A stretch of 64,000 nucleotides of DNA from Octopus vulgaris (taxonomy: Eukaryota): assembly GCA_951406725.2 (NCBI GenBank), contig OX597833.1, forward strand, positions 36,704,001-36,768,000, in the 5' to 3' direction. Both the position numbers and the translations under genes were made by a program. The notes below the pieces were generated by a model. It saw only the letters and a program-made list of their open reading frames with translations, had not been told where the DNA came from and searched no databases. The stretch's first letter is position 1; each line of letters begins with the position of its first letter. Positions 24,961-38,925 of this stretch are shown here, piece by piece.

Positions 24961-26552
24961 TGCGAAGGGTAGGACACAACCATGCCTCTTCGATATGTGT
25001 GTGTGTGTGGGGGGGGGATTGTATGCGTGTACACACACGCACACATATACAGACACACATACACACTCATACACTCACAGACACAGACACACAATGAAAA
25101 GAAACTTAAACGCAATAACAATGCGAATCTTAACAAAAACTTTTTGCTAGTTTCTTTATTTTTGTATGATTTAGATTTAATGCATCCTCTTGAAATAATG
25201 CAGTGGGACCCCAAAAATTACCACACACGCACACACACACACACACAATCACCCGCGTGTGCCCGCACAAACTAGAGAATTAAATCGCTAGCAGTGGGAG
25301 CAGATTCGAGTGTGTTCAAACGGAAACGTTATATAGAGATCCCTGCTAAAATGTCCTGCTTCTTGAGTCTTTTGTTTTGGTGAAACATGAATAATTGCTT
25401 CGGTTTTTACGTCCCTATAGTAAGCGAAACGACAGTAAAACTCTTTAATGAGTGCATGTGTTTGTAGTGTAACATCATCCAAACCAAGTAGATACAAACA
25501 ATGACATCTACATCGTATAGACTTAGGGAAGACCACAAATGCCGAGCCGTCAAAGGCACAAATATGCAAATTAAGCCAGACACTAATGTGATAAACTTAA
25601 TCTATGATTGCTTTATATAGTTGTTGACCCCTTCTATTGGGTGGGAATCAGGGTACGTATTCGGCACAGTGGTCAATAACGAAGAGAGTCGCCTGGCAGT
25701 CTCCTTCCTTGTTATTTTTGCACATCAAGACTATAGAATGAATCTATTTACATTCTCATTACACCCACAATAAGGCTTTGTAATATTTAAATTATTTTAG
25801 TTTTTCTGAATTTACGTTGAGTCTTGCTTAAAATAGACATTTTAGAACAATGATCATTGCTTCATCTTTTATATGGACTTCTTTTTCAATTATATAGAAC
25901 TAATGTATGTGCGTGTCTGCGTATACATACAAACACACGTGCAAAGTGACACACACATACATACTTATGTTCATATCTGCAGCTCAGAAGCCATGCTACA
26001 GACACTGCTATTGCAATAAACTGCAATACAAATAAAATATTTTCCTATAACCCTTTCTCCACAACAAGCTATATCTACCCCTTTCACGAACACTCCTACC
26101 ACTACCACCGTCATTACTACTTAACCGTTACCAGCTCTCGTCAGCTAACATTTAAATTACAGACAAACTTTCCATGAAGTATAAACATAAGACAAATTAG
26201 TAGGTGGAGTTACAACCTGTTATGGTAATTGTCGACATTTTTTGCTAGGCCTACATTAAGTTAGATTACGTTAATTTTTTTTTTTTTTTTGCTCGATGTA
26301 CTTGTGCAATTATGCTTGGAAAGAAATATATATTTATATACGAGTGTTAGCATGTTTGTATAAGTATATAGCTGTATGTTAGTATGTTTGTGGATACACA
26401 CACACACGTATGTGTGTGTGTCTGTGCATGAATGTATGTATGAAAACTTCTTTCAATTTTCTAGAGCGTCGACCTAAAACCCTGTTTGTTTTTCACCTCG
26501 TCGTCTTTTAAATTTGTGCGTGCGTGAGTGTGTCTGTGTACGTATATAGATG

Positions 26553-26617
<65 letters not shown>

Positions 26618-26797
26618 ATAGATGTGTGTGTGTAAATATGTATATCTATGGGCGTGTGAGTGTGTATATATATACGTACATACATACATACATACATACA
26701 TACATACATACATACATACATACATACATACATACATTCATACATACATTCATACACATATATATATACATTTATATATATATGTGTGTGTGTGGAT

Positions 26798-26980
26798 GTG
26801 TGTGGCCTAGTGGTTAGGGTGTTGTATTCACGATCGTGAGATCTTGGTTTCTGTTCCCAGACTAGGTGATGTGTTATGCTCTTGAGCAAAACACTTCGTC
26901 TCAGGTTGGTACACCGTGCGCCTGTTCAGATAGCGTTGATTTGATGGAGGGAGTGAGGTGATGCGCGGCACGAACATTTG

Positions 26981-26983
<3 letters not shown>
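26798..26983 (+). mobile_element. tRNA-headed SINE (family C/D-related), decayed
   Basis: gtgtggcctagtggttagggtgttg...ggtttctgttcccagac...cttgagcaaaacactt. Confidence 0.7.
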
Positions 26984-27036
<53 letters not shown>

Positions 27037-28084
27037 GTTTCGTAAGCTCGTTCATTGAACCTTTACTCGTCTGGAAGAGCCTACGAAAAGTTAATTTCGA
27101 TGGCGCTGAATCAAAATGTTAGTAAATGAATAATACATATAACGCCTACCGAATACGTGTTCAGTACCACTTTCTTTCATTTGTACACTCGTATATATGT
27201 GTGTGTGTGAATTCAAACGTCAAAAAGCGTAAACGTCCGATTCACAAAGCATAGCGCCTGAATATTTTCGAAATAAAAACCAATGTGCTCGTTCTGGAAT
27301 CCGCGCGTTATCTTTCCGAAGGTATGATTTTTAAATGTAAAGTTTGAGGCTTATATATAATGTTTCCTTTTCTCTTTCTCTCTCTCTCTCTCTCCTAACT
27401 AATTCACTCTCCCTCTCATCTCCCTATCTATCTTTCTATATATCTATCTATCTATCTATTTACCTCTCCTTCTTTCTCTCACTCTCTTCCCTCTCTCTTT
27501 AATTCTCTTCCTTCTACCACTCTTACTTTCTCTTTCACTCTTTCTCTCTTTTCCTCCCCCCCTCTCTTTCTCTCGAAAGCTGAATCTGTTTTATGTGGAA
27601 TGCATAATTTGTTAAAGAAGGACCAGAACTAACTAGAAAAGCACAAAGAATCACTCCTAGAATAGGATTTCAAACTAGTCCGTCGCAAACCAATCATACA
27701 TTAATTAGGTAGTCATTAAACTGACACTGATTAACTGATTAGCTAGATACTAACTAAATCAATACTCGCCGAATATTCAATTGTTAATCATACATTCACT
27801 AACTTAACACCAAATAACTATGTTCTTACTATCAAGAAATGCAACTTCAGATACTGCCTACACACTAACTAGACTCTCATAAACTAACCATTTGCTTTTC
27901 AATACTTCCTAACTTTATATCTTGCTGGCTAGATATTCATACATACAGTAACAAGGTACACTCTATCAAAGTACACATTAACTAGGATGTCAGACTCATT
28001 TACTAGATAATTAGTAGTTCAAATTTTGAAATGATTAATTCATGGATTCGAACGATTCTATTCGCAAAAAGATTTACAGTTTTA

Positions 28085-29356
28085 TCAGGTCATCTCATAA
28101 GTTCTGTCAGAATTTTGAATAAAGAAAACAAGTGATCAAATGTTATATTTAATTTAAATATAATCATCAATGTACTTTCCCTCATTATCTATGACATCCT
28201 TCCATCTATTTACAAACTTTTTAATCCTATCGATGTAAAACTCTTTTGGTTTCAAAGCGAAGAACTCTGAAATGTCAGTTTCGACTTCCTCCTGGCTTGC
28301 GAAAGTTATGTTTCCCAAATGATTCTGTAAACTACGAAACAAATGGTAGTCTGAAGGAGAATAAGGTGGATGAGGAATTTTTTCCTAACCAACCTCTCCG
28401 ATCTTCTGTAATGTGATCTTAGCAGTGTGGGGTCACGCATTGTCCTGATGAAACATCACTCCTTTTCGATTCACTAAAGCGGGTCTTTTTACTTCAAAGC
28501 TTGGTTCAAACGCTCTAATTGCTGACAGTAGACTCGAGCATTAATTGTTGCATTAGGTGGTAACAATTCAAAGTGAATTACTCCTTTGCAATTCCACCAT
28601 ATAGAGAGAAGAACCTTTTTTCCATGAAGTTCCCTTCTCGGTTGCGGTTGAGCTTTTTCCCTTTTACCAAGCCACTATTTACGACGTTTAACATTTCGAT
28701 AGAAGATCCATCTTTCGTCACCAGTCACAAGGCTATCCAAAAAGGGTGAAATGTGTTCGTGAGAATGGAGAGAAGGGCAGATGTCAACTCGGGATTTGCA
28801 GTTGCTTTCGGACAATTCATAAGGCACCCATTTTTCAAGTTTAGGAACCTTTCTAAGTTGTTGAAGATGATGATGAACAGTTGTATGGTTTGAACTAACT
28901 TTATTGCCAATTCTTCAACTGATAACGCAGGAATTTCTTCAAGTAATGCCTCAGGGAGCTTATCATCAAACTCAACTGGACGTCCTGTTCGATCTTCATC
29001 TTCAAGGCTGAAATCTCCACTTCTGAATTTTGCAAACCATCTTCTGTAAGTTCTTTCATTCAAGCATTCTTTCCCATAAACTGAATGTATGTTTCGAGTC
29101 GCTTCGGTTGCAGAGTTTCCTTTTTGGTACTCATAAAGCATTATGTGCCGTTAATGCTCTTAGGATACTTCCATGTTAGAAAGGTTTTTGTTCAAAGAAA
29201 ATTTAATTCTATTATTCTGTAAAATAATATTTAATTAGTTTATGTACACAAATACATTAAAATAATTTTAAATTCTATTAGACATTCTAAAATACTATTA
29301 AATTTCATTCAATTTTAAAAAAGGTAAAATCAGACAGAACTTATGAGATGACTTGA
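28085..29356 (-). mobile_element. Full-length mariner transposon (about 1.27 kb), inactivated
   Basis: TIR tcaggtcatctcataagttctgtc against gacagaacttatgagatgacttga (1 mismatch), with TA on both sides. Confidence 0.93.
28154..29174 (-). pseudogene. Mariner transposase pseudogene
   Basis: HTH region RRWFAKFRSGDFSLEDEDRTGRP, WVPYEL, VTGDERWIFY, HQDNA*PH and HPPYSP-SDYHLFRSL, with frameshifts and stops. Confidence 0.9.
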
Positions 29357-29917
29357 TACAATTATTAAAAAAAAATGAAAAAAGAAAAGTCAAAAAAGCG
29401 TATGCACATAAGAACTGTAGTGTATGGTTGCTGAGTAATGCTCTTGATTGAGACAGACGGCGCTTGTTCATGTAACATGGTTTCATGCTCACGCAACTGC
29501 GGTCTACGTATCTTATGAAACACATCTTCATTATATAAAGTATTTATACCGACTACGTTTTCTATGTTCGTTTTCTGTATATGGCGCGCAGAATCCTTAT
29601 TCTAACCTATCTGAAGTAACGAAGACTGTCTGACCTTGTCGGAGATAAGAGTCGAATGAGAAACTGATCTACCGCACCCATCCCCTTTGGTAACGTGCCA
29701 CGCCTTTTGGCGCCTGTTTTAAAATGCATTGCATATACATGTGCGTGTCTGTGTGTGTGCGTGCGTGTGTAGCTCAAATAAATTAGAACTCAAATTAAAT
29801 TTATTATACACTTTAAATACTCACTGAGATTTAATGAAAACAAGAAAATAAACGCGTTCATTTTAAACTGTTGATCTACAGAAAAAAAAGTGGAAGGAAA
29901 TCTCCTGACATTGTTTT

Positions 29918-30078
29918 CAGGAGTGGCTATGTGGTAAGTAGCTTGTTTACCAGCCACATGGTTCCGGGTTCAGTCCCACTTCGTGGCACCTTGGGCAAGT
30001 GTCTTCTACTATAAACCCGGGCCAACCAATGCCTTGTGAGTGGATTTGGTAGACGGAAACTGAAAGAAGCCCGTCGTA

Positions 30079-30138
<60 letters not shown>

Positions 30139-30364
30139 TGTGTGTGTTTGTGTGAGTGTGTTTGTCCCCCTAGCATTGCTTGACAACCGATGCTGGTGTG
30201 TTTATGTCCCCGTTACTTAGCGGTTCGGCAAAAGAGACCGATAGAATAAGTACTGGGCTTACAAAAGAATAAGTCCGGGGGTCGAGTTGCTCGATTAAAG
30301 GCGGTGCTCCAGCATGGCCGCAGTCAAATGAATGAAACAAGTAAAAGAGTAAAAGAGTAAAGAG
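29918..30364 (+). mobile_element. SINE family B, near full length
   Basis: Closely matches 15371-15797. Confidence 0.92.
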
Positions 30365-30704
30365 AGGAAGACCATACCTCAGAACACACATGCATAGCGT
30401 CCTTCTCCAGTCATCAGCATAGATCACCAATCTATAAAGCAGTTACGAATTAAGCTAGACCCATGGTGGATAGAATAATTTGAATAATTGCATTTAATAT
30501 GCATATATATATATGTGTGTGTGTCTGTGTGCGTGTGTGTGTGCATCTATGCATATATATGTATGTATATTTATAAATATGCAGTATATGTTTGTATGCA
30601 TGTATATATACATATGTGTGTGTATGTACTCATATTATTCATACCGATATATAAGGTAATATATAGAATATACAGTATAACATATATAATATATATGTAA
30701 TAGC

Positions 30705-31022
<318 letters not shown>

Positions 31023-31165
31023 CATGACATGTATAATATACATATATATATACATAAAATATATATATAATATATGATATATATATATATATGATAAATA
31101 TATATATGATATATATATATATATATATATATATAGTGCATGTGTATGATATATATAAAATATAT

Positions 31166-31387
31166 GGAGGCGCAATGGCCTAGTGGTTAGGGCAGCGGAC
31201 TTGCGGTCGGAGGATCGCGGTTTCGATTCCCAGACCGGGCGTTGTGTGTGTTTATTGAGCGAAAACACCTAAAAGCTCTACGAGGCTCCGGCAGGAGGTG
31301 GTGATCCCTGCTGTACTCAAAAGGCGGTGCTCCAGCATGGCCGCAGTCAAATGACTGAAACAAGTACAAAAAAAAAAAAAAAAAAAA
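31166..31387 (+). mobile_element. Chimeric SINE: family C head with family B tail
   Basis: ggaggcgcaatggcctagtggttagggcagcgg...ggtttcgattcccag... joins at about 31319 to aaggcggtgctccagcatggccgcagtcaaatgactgaaacaagtac and poly(A). Confidence 0.85.
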
Positions 31388-31460
31388 TACATATATTATA
31401 TATAATATATATATATATCATATATATAAATCATATATATAATATATATAATATGCTGCT

Positions 31461-31783
31461 GACCCCCTTCGGTCATGACTGACCGTGGGATTGCACCAAG
31501 AAAGTTACCCTCCCAGACACAACTCCGGGTAAGGTTGTTTATGGAAGACAAGAAGTCGCCCATGCATACCGACCTCCCCTCTCCACGCCACCAGTGTTAT
31601 CCCAGGGAAAGGCAAAGGCCGATACAGCTTGGCACCTGTGACGTGACAACTCATTTCTACAGCTGGGTGAACTGGAGCAACGTGAGATAAAGTGTCTTGC
31701 TGAAGAACACAACACACAGCCCGGTCTGGGACTCGAACTCACAACCTCAAGATCGACGCTCTAACCACTGAGCCATGCGCCTT

Positions 31784-31785
<2 letters not shown>
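31461..31785 (-). mobile_element. SINE family D (tRNA head plus CORE-like segment)
   Basis: Reverse complement of 50040-50371. Confidence 0.88.
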
Positions 31786-31815
<30 letters not shown>

Positions 31816-32364
31816 CACATATATATATACATATTTATATATATGATATAAATAATATATATATTATATATGTTCCATCAGAGTAAAGTATACATGAAAG
31901 TTTTCCAGGACATGAAGGTACGCTTTAAATGACTTTGTCCATGTTCGTTTCTCCTTAATTAACTAATCATATTGCTAAAGCAAAACTCAAACATGTCTCC
32001 ATAGACTTGAACAAAAATATTTTAAAATATCAATTATATTCCGTTAAGCGATCTTTAAGTAAGTTTGTTTTCGTTTTCTCTGACAAAAATATAAGGTAAG
32101 ACGAATTTCACATATTGAGAGTATTTTATTGAAAATTTTCCCAAGTTAAATATTTTAAGTCGTTTTATTTAAATCGTCAATCACGTTTCTTTCTACAGAT
32201 GTTCTTGTTTATATTTAATACCTGATCGAACGTCCTTAACGTTTATTATTTCGATTCCTTTCTGCAAATAGCGACGCCGTCCTTTTTCTTCTTTCTTTCT
32301 TCCACTCTCTTCTTAATCTTTCCTTGTATTAAATAAGTGTTTTTTCGATTCTTAACGTTCTTAA

Positions 32365-34166
32365 AGTCACTCGAAGAACTCAGAAGGCAAGAAATAAAAC
32401 CCAACTGACTGGAAATCTGTCAGGACATCTAACAGGAAATCTGTCAGAGTATCCAGTCAGCTGCTGACAGTGGCGACACCCGTGGGATGTATGCCGGTTT
32501 GAAGAAGGCCCTTGGTCCACCCGCAACCAAGTCAGACCCTCTGAAAGGATATACAGGATGCTAACATCATTATGCTTACAAAAACAAAGGTGACCGTGGT
32601 GATTGTAACAATTACCGTGGAATATCTCTTCTCAGCACTGTTGGAAAGACCTTTGCTCGCGTTATCCTGTCCAGCCTACAACTGCTTGCTTCTCGAATTT
32701 ATCCAGAATCGCAGTGTGGCTTTAGAAGAAGCAGATCAACTATTGACATGATATTCTCCATAGCCAACTTCAATAGAAGCCCAGAGAACAGAAAATGCCA
32801 TTATATATGGCCTTCATTGATCTGACAAGGGTCTGGTTAGTAGAAAAGGCCTCTTCATCCTGCTTCAAAAAATCGGATGTCCACCAAAGCTGCTGAAGAT
32901 CATCAAATCTTTCCATGATGATTTGCAAGGCACTATACAGCACAATGGTTCAACATCAGCCGCCTTCCAAATAAAGAACGGGGTAAAGCAAGGCTGTGTC
33001 CTTGGTCCTACATTATTTGGCATCTCGCTGCTGCTGTTACATGCCTTTGAGATATCAGATGACAGAGTGTTACTGCACAGTAGAAGTGACGGGAAACTGT
33101 TCAATCTCTCGCATCTGCGTATCAAGACCAAAATCAGAAGCGTCCTGATCAAGGAGATGCTCTTTGCTGATGATGCCGCTCTGGTATCACACACAGAAGA
33201 AACCCTGCAAAGGCTCATCAACTCTTTTGAGCAAGTATGTAGTCACTTTGGCTTAGTTATTAGCCTCAGGAAGATCAACATCGTGGATCAGGCTAAATCG
33301 GACAACCCAAACATACATATTGGAGACCACAGACTACAGGAGGTGGAAAAGTTTACCTACCTTGGCTCTATCGTCACCTACAGCCTATCCCTTGATGCCG
33401 AGCTCAGTATACGCATTGGCAAGACAGCTGCTGTGATGGCCCAACTCTCCAAACGGGCATAAGACAACAATAAGCTGACCAAGACCACAAAAATGAAGAT
33501 TTACCAGGCATGGCTACTTAGCACTCTATTGTATGGCATTGAGACCTGGACGCCATACACACGCCAAGAGCGCCGCCTAAATATCTTTCACCTGCGCTGC
33601 CTCCGGAAAATCCTTGGAATCAAATGGCAGAATCGTGTCACCACAAATATATCCTCAAGGAAGCAGGAATACCAAGCATGTTTGCACTCCTCACACAAAG
33701 ACGTATGAGATGGCTTGGACATGTTAGTCGTATAGAAGAGGCAGAATCCCCAAGGACATACTCAACGGAGAGGTTGCTAGGGGCACTAGGTCTGTGAGAA
33801 GACCGTTCTTACGACACAAGGATGTTTCCAAAAGGGACATGAAGACCTGCATCATCAATATTAGCAACTGGAAAGCAGTTGCCAGCAACCGTGGAGATTG
33901 GTGACGCAACATAGAAAAGGGTACACAAAGGAGTGAGAGGAGAAATGGAAAGACAAGAAAAGATGTCAACAAGAAACTATGACATTACAACCAGCCAGAC
34001 AAAGTCTTCGCTACATTTGCGGCACCTGCCAGAGGGAGTGTTTATCCAGGATGGGACTACACAGCCACAGCAGGAGATGTATTAGGACGTGAAATGTAAA
34101 AACCGGACTAGATTATTTTATGCGCAACTTTATTGTCTCCTGGGACAAAAAGGATGCCAACAACAA
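32365..34166 (+). mobile_element. RTE-clade LINE, 5'-truncated, internally deleted
   Basis: RT motifs NYRGISLLS, QCGFR, GVKQGCVLGPTLF and LFADD, then FTYLGS, LLYGIETW, a terminal zinc knuckle, a 3' hairpin and a (CAA)n tail. Several stops. Confidence 0.93.
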
Positions 34167-34212
34167 TATAAACTATATATATATATATATATATCATACA
34201 TACAAATATAAT

Positions 34213-34273
<61 letters not shown>

Positions 34274-34336
34274 TAGTTATGATATATATAATAGATATGT
34301 AAGATATATATATGTATATATTATATATAGATATAA

Positions 34337-34545
34337 TGTAGGGGTTTTTAAATCAAAGCTGGACCTCTTCCTGTCGAGAGTCCCAGATGAACGTACCTCA
34401 CGGCAAGAGGTGTAAATGAGGGTAGCTATATCAAACTCCATTCTTCACCAAGTTCCACATATTAGAGGAGGCGCTTAGTAATAACAGTGTAGCAAAACGG
34501 CGGTGCATCAGCATGGCCGCAGCTCTGAGCTGAAACTAGAGAGAA
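34337..34545 (+). mobile_element. CR1-like LINE 3' end
   Basis: Nearly identical to 44634-44830; ends ggcggtgcatcagcatggccgcagctctgagctgaaactag. Confidence 0.88.
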
Positions 34546-34565
34546 AACATATTTATATATAGATA

Positions 34566-34626
<61 letters not shown>

Positions 34627-34628
<2 letters not shown>

Positions 34629-36408
34629 ACAACATGGGGTAGGTGAGAAAGAAGAACAACAAGGAGCAGGATAATTGAAAGAACAACAAGGAGTACGAGA
34701 AGATCAGAAAGAAGAAGAAAAAGACGGGAGTGGTATGACAGTAGTTGACTGGTGGTAGAGTCTTCTTAAATGGTCAAGTGAAAGTATAGAGTGACTTGAA
34801 TAATTTCAAGCGCTTTTAAATAGACTTGACATGAATATTCAATTTATGAAGGACTATAGCTATCAACTTCCATTCCTCAGCATACTCATTAAAAAATCCA
34901 ACAACAAAATAGAAAATACATACACTTTAAGCCCACGGACTCCAAACAATATCTACTGTTCAACTCATGCCACCCCAGACACATTATAATAAATATCCTC
35001 TTCAACTTGACAAAAATGATTTGTACTATAATTTGTAAAACAAGCACCAAGAACACATGACTACATGAACGAAAGGATACATTCATCAGCAGGAACTACC
35101 CAACATCACTAATTGATATAGGATTTCAACGTGCCCTACAACTCAACATCCACGAATTCAGACACCCCAAACTAAAGAAGTACTTACAACCAAAAGCCCT
35201 ACCATACATCTTCACACACAGCCCCTTTAACAATGACGCTTTCGACACCATCCTCTTGAACATTCTTCTACTAAAAAGGGACCACAGAATGAATCTAATC
35301 CTCCAAACGCACACCTTCATAAAGAGCAAAAGACAACCCAAGTCAATAAAAAGTCTCCTAACACAAGCCCAAGTACACTCGGCAACAATATTGAAACCAT
35401 TAGTAAAAAAAATGCGGAAGACCTACCTGTGGTATATGAGTCAACTTGAGGGATCGGAGTTCTCCTTCAAACAAAGTCAACGTTTTACAGTGAAAAACAA
35501 CTTCAGGTGTGCTTCGGAAAACCTAATATATGTGTTAACTTGCTCAGGGTGTTGAGAGTAATACATAGGCCAAACCAAAAATAGTATACGCCAGAGTTTG
35601 ACCCCACATAGATCCCACATTAAAATTCGGGAATACAGAAAAATAGCATTTAGCGAACACACCGACATTTGCGCCACTAACGAACAACCCAACTTCAGAA
35701 ATGTTCCCCTCTATCAATTCAAGGACGATGCAACCTATAATCAGCGCATCAACAAAGAGTCATATTTTATCGCAAAATATTTTGAATGCTTACACCACAG
35801 ATGACACAACTACAAGTGTTTTAGAATAATACCCACGCAAATATTAAAAATGATATATTCAGAACAGTCGCTACCATGAATTTATTCAGAACCATTACAT
35901 TCACTGCTGGTATATCCACAACATTTGACCATTTTAGAAGACTCTATCACCAGTCTACTACTATCATAGAACTCCCGTAATTTTCTTCTCTTTCCCTACT
36001 TCTTCTCCTTCTTCTTCTTTCCCTACTTCTTCTCCTTCTTCTCCTTCTTCTTCTTCTTCTTTTTCTATTTCTTCTTCTTCTTCTTTACCGTCTCTCTCCT
36101 CGGCTACTGCTGCTTAAACAATCAAAATCCCGAACCACCATACCTCATATTAAATATTATTCAGATCTACTACTACTTACCTACCGAACCTTCACAAAAG
36201 CCAAAGAGAGAAGGGCAGAAAAAAGGAAAATGTTCACCTATTTGAAAACTATGTAAATATCACAAACAAAAAATATTTTATTTAATCTTACCTCAGTTTA
36301 ATTGTTTTTCATGCTTTACTCTAAGTTGAAAAAGTTGCAAAGACTGAAACTGGTTCGTGATGATAAAATTAATTTAGCATTTTCTATCTTATCCTATTTC
36401 CTTGTATA
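34627..36408 (+). mobile_element. Penelope-like element with inverted 5' pLTR, RT C-terminus and GIY-YIG endonuclease
   Basis: LPFL...KPTDSKQYLLFNSCHPRH, then NLIYVLTCSGC*E*YIGQT (GIY-YIG). About 34700-34778 is the reverse complement of about 35925-35990. A decayed hammerhead lies at 36322-36357. Confidence 0.88.
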
Positions 36409-36426
36409 TATATGAATGTATGTATG

Positions 36427-36460
<34 letters not shown>

Positions 36461-36610
36461 TGTATGTATGTATGTATGTATGTATGTATGTACTTGTAGG
36501 TACAAAACGTAAAAGGTTTTTCCATTTTCCCGGAGCGTCATCCTAATACACATATTTGTTGTTCCTACACCTGTCTTTGTCTTTTGTTTTTCTATAAATT
36601 TCAACTATAT

Positions 36611-36772
36611 AGGTGCAGGCGTGGCTGTGTGGTAAGTAGCTTGCTTACATGGTACCGAGTTCAGTCCCACTGCGTGGCACCTTGGGCAAGTGTCTTCTAC
36701 TATAGTCTCGGGCCGACCAAAGCCTTGTAAGTGGATTTGGTAGAACGAAAATGAAATAAGTCCATCGTATAT
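36611..36772 (+). mobile_element. SINE family B, 3'-truncated
   Basis: aggtgcaggcgtggctgtgtggtaagtagc...gtggatttggtaga. Confidence 0.85.
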
Positions 36773-37027
36773 ATAGTGTGTGTAGCAAATATGAGCTAAG
36801 AAATAACCCCGAGTTACTTGAATATGAACGACAAAGACCAACAGAGTTATATTAAATATACTATACAAAAAAATATAAACGCTCAGCAGCAATTGGAAAT
36901 GACTCCTAATAAGTAAGCGAGATGATGGCATAGTTAATTCCCCTGAATTAATATGCCATCGAGAAAAATACTTTTTTTGTTTCTGGAGACAAGACAACGT
37001 TTGTGAATGTGTTTCTGCTTCATATAT

Positions 37028-37455
37028 TCTTTTCTACTCTAGGCACAAGGCCCGAAATTTGGGGGGAGAGGGCCAGTCGATTAGCAACTGGTACTTCATT
37101 GATACTTAATTCATTGATACTTAATTCATTGGTACTTAATTCATTGGTACTTAATTCAAGGCGGTGAGCTGGCAGAAACTTTAGCACGCCGGGCGAAATA
37201 CTTAGCGGTATTTCGTCTGTCGTTACATTGTGAGTTCAAATTCCGCCGTGGTCGACTTTGCCTTTCATCCTTTCGGGGTCGATAAATTAAGTACCAGTTA
37301 CGCACTGGGGTAGATGTAATCGACTTAATACCTATGTCTGTCCTTGTTTGTCTCCTCTATGTTTAGCCCCTTGTGGGTAATAAAGAAATAGGTACTTAAT
37401 TCATTGACCTCGAAAGGATGAAAGGCAAAGTCAACCTTGGCGGAATTTGAACTCA
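37028..37455 (-). mobile_element. SINE family A (tail type 2) hosting a nested copy
   Basis: tttctactctaggcacaaggcccgaaattt on the left and cgaaaggatgaaaggcaaagtcaaccttggcggaatttgaactca on the right. Confidence 0.82.
37158..37390 (+). mobile_element. SINE family A, full length (tail type 1), nested
   Basis: Matches 23341-23576 and is flanked by the TSD ggtacttaattca (37146-37158 and 37391-37403). Confidence 0.92.
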
Positions 37456-37882
37456 TATTGGTAAAATAATGAGTATAACTGGTGTACATTCCTTTTACTC
37501 CTTACAAAAATTTTGAGCTATTGCTTAAATGTATGTTATATATACATATAGCTAATATACATTTTTACCGGTTTCTTAGGGAAGAAATGACTGTGCACAT
37601 GGCCTTCGCAAACCTTCCGAGACCGATGAGATTGATGATGTGACCATTCTGCAAATTTGTAGCAAAACATTTGCAAATCGATGGTTGTAGGAAAAACATA
37701 TGCGAGTAGGAAATTCCAGAGGCGACATTCTCGGAGAAAGGGACTAATCATAGCAGTTTAGACTGTCTGGGCAAAGGTAGTATCCGACCAATCAGCTCCA
37801 AAGAGTAAAAATCATTGTATTCGCAGCAAAAAAGGCAGACAAGTGTCTAAATACATACATACGTGTGAGTGAGTGAGTGAGT

Positions 37883-37917
<35 letters not shown>

Positions 37918-38754
37918 TTTGTGTTTATCCTAATCTATTTGTAATATCATCATTTAATATCTTTCCAAGACATATTTCCTCTCGTTATGTGTGCGTGTGT
38001 ATGTATGTGTGTACGCGAGCATGTATGTGTATGTGTGTATATATACACACACACACAGTACCAAATGCACATAGATATACATGTCTGTAGATATGTCTAC
38101 GTATATCTAACTCAATGTTTTTTTACGTGTGTGTATTTAAATCCTAAAACCTGTCATTTTCAAACTTTGGATAATCTTACTGCACCCCCTCTCTTTCTCT
38201 CTTTCCTCCTCTCCCATCTCTTTCAGTCACTCCCTCTTAGTCTTTCACTCTCTCCATCAACTAACTGTTCAGTCTAGATAGATTCTACAGACGTGACGTA
38301 AAGAAGTAGGTCGATGATAGAGCAAAGTGCCATATTATTCAATACTGACTTAGTATACTCCTCTTAAACTGATTTCACTGGGAGACGGTGACAGCGACAG
38401 CTATAGCGATAGCGTTGGGTGAGCGGCAGTCGAGACAGGATAGGACAGAAGGAGGGGATAGTAATAGTATTTATAGGAAGGGAGATACATAGACAGCTAG
38501 AGATTGAGAGAGAAACAAAAAGATGGAGAGAGAGAGAGAGAGAGAGACAGAGTAAGTGGTGGTAATGGTGATTAGCAAAAGAGTTTGTGAGTTAATGGTA
38601 GGGTTGTTTGTAAAGAGATGTGTTTTGTTATTGTGTGCTATTTTGTTCAGAAGTAGTTATGTATAGGATGGGTGGAGGCGGGAATTTAAGAGACAAATAT
38701 ATAACTTTGTCAGTCTACAGCTGCCAACTTATATTTGTTTTCAGCCGTCAAAAT

Positions 38755-38925
38755 TGGTGGTGGTGGTGGTGGTGTCGTCGGCGGAGATGGAGGTCGGCCG
38801 CGGCGGCAGCGGTGGTGTCGGCGGCGGCAGCGGTGGTGTCGGCGGCGGCGGCGGCGGTGGTGGTGGTGGTGATGGTTTCTGGTGGTGGTGGTCATGGTGG
38901 TGGTCATGGTGGTGGTAATGGTAGT
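38755..38925. repeat. GC-rich (GGT)n/(GGC)n low-complexity tract with a 21-bp tandem unit
   Basis: gcggcggcagcggtggtgtcg is repeated about twice and flanked by (GGT)n. Confidence 0.85.

Noticed and set aside
37090-37158. Short direct repeats resembling a CRISPR array
   Set aside because: No spacers, no cas genes and a eukaryotic context. Explained as a reiterated target duplication.
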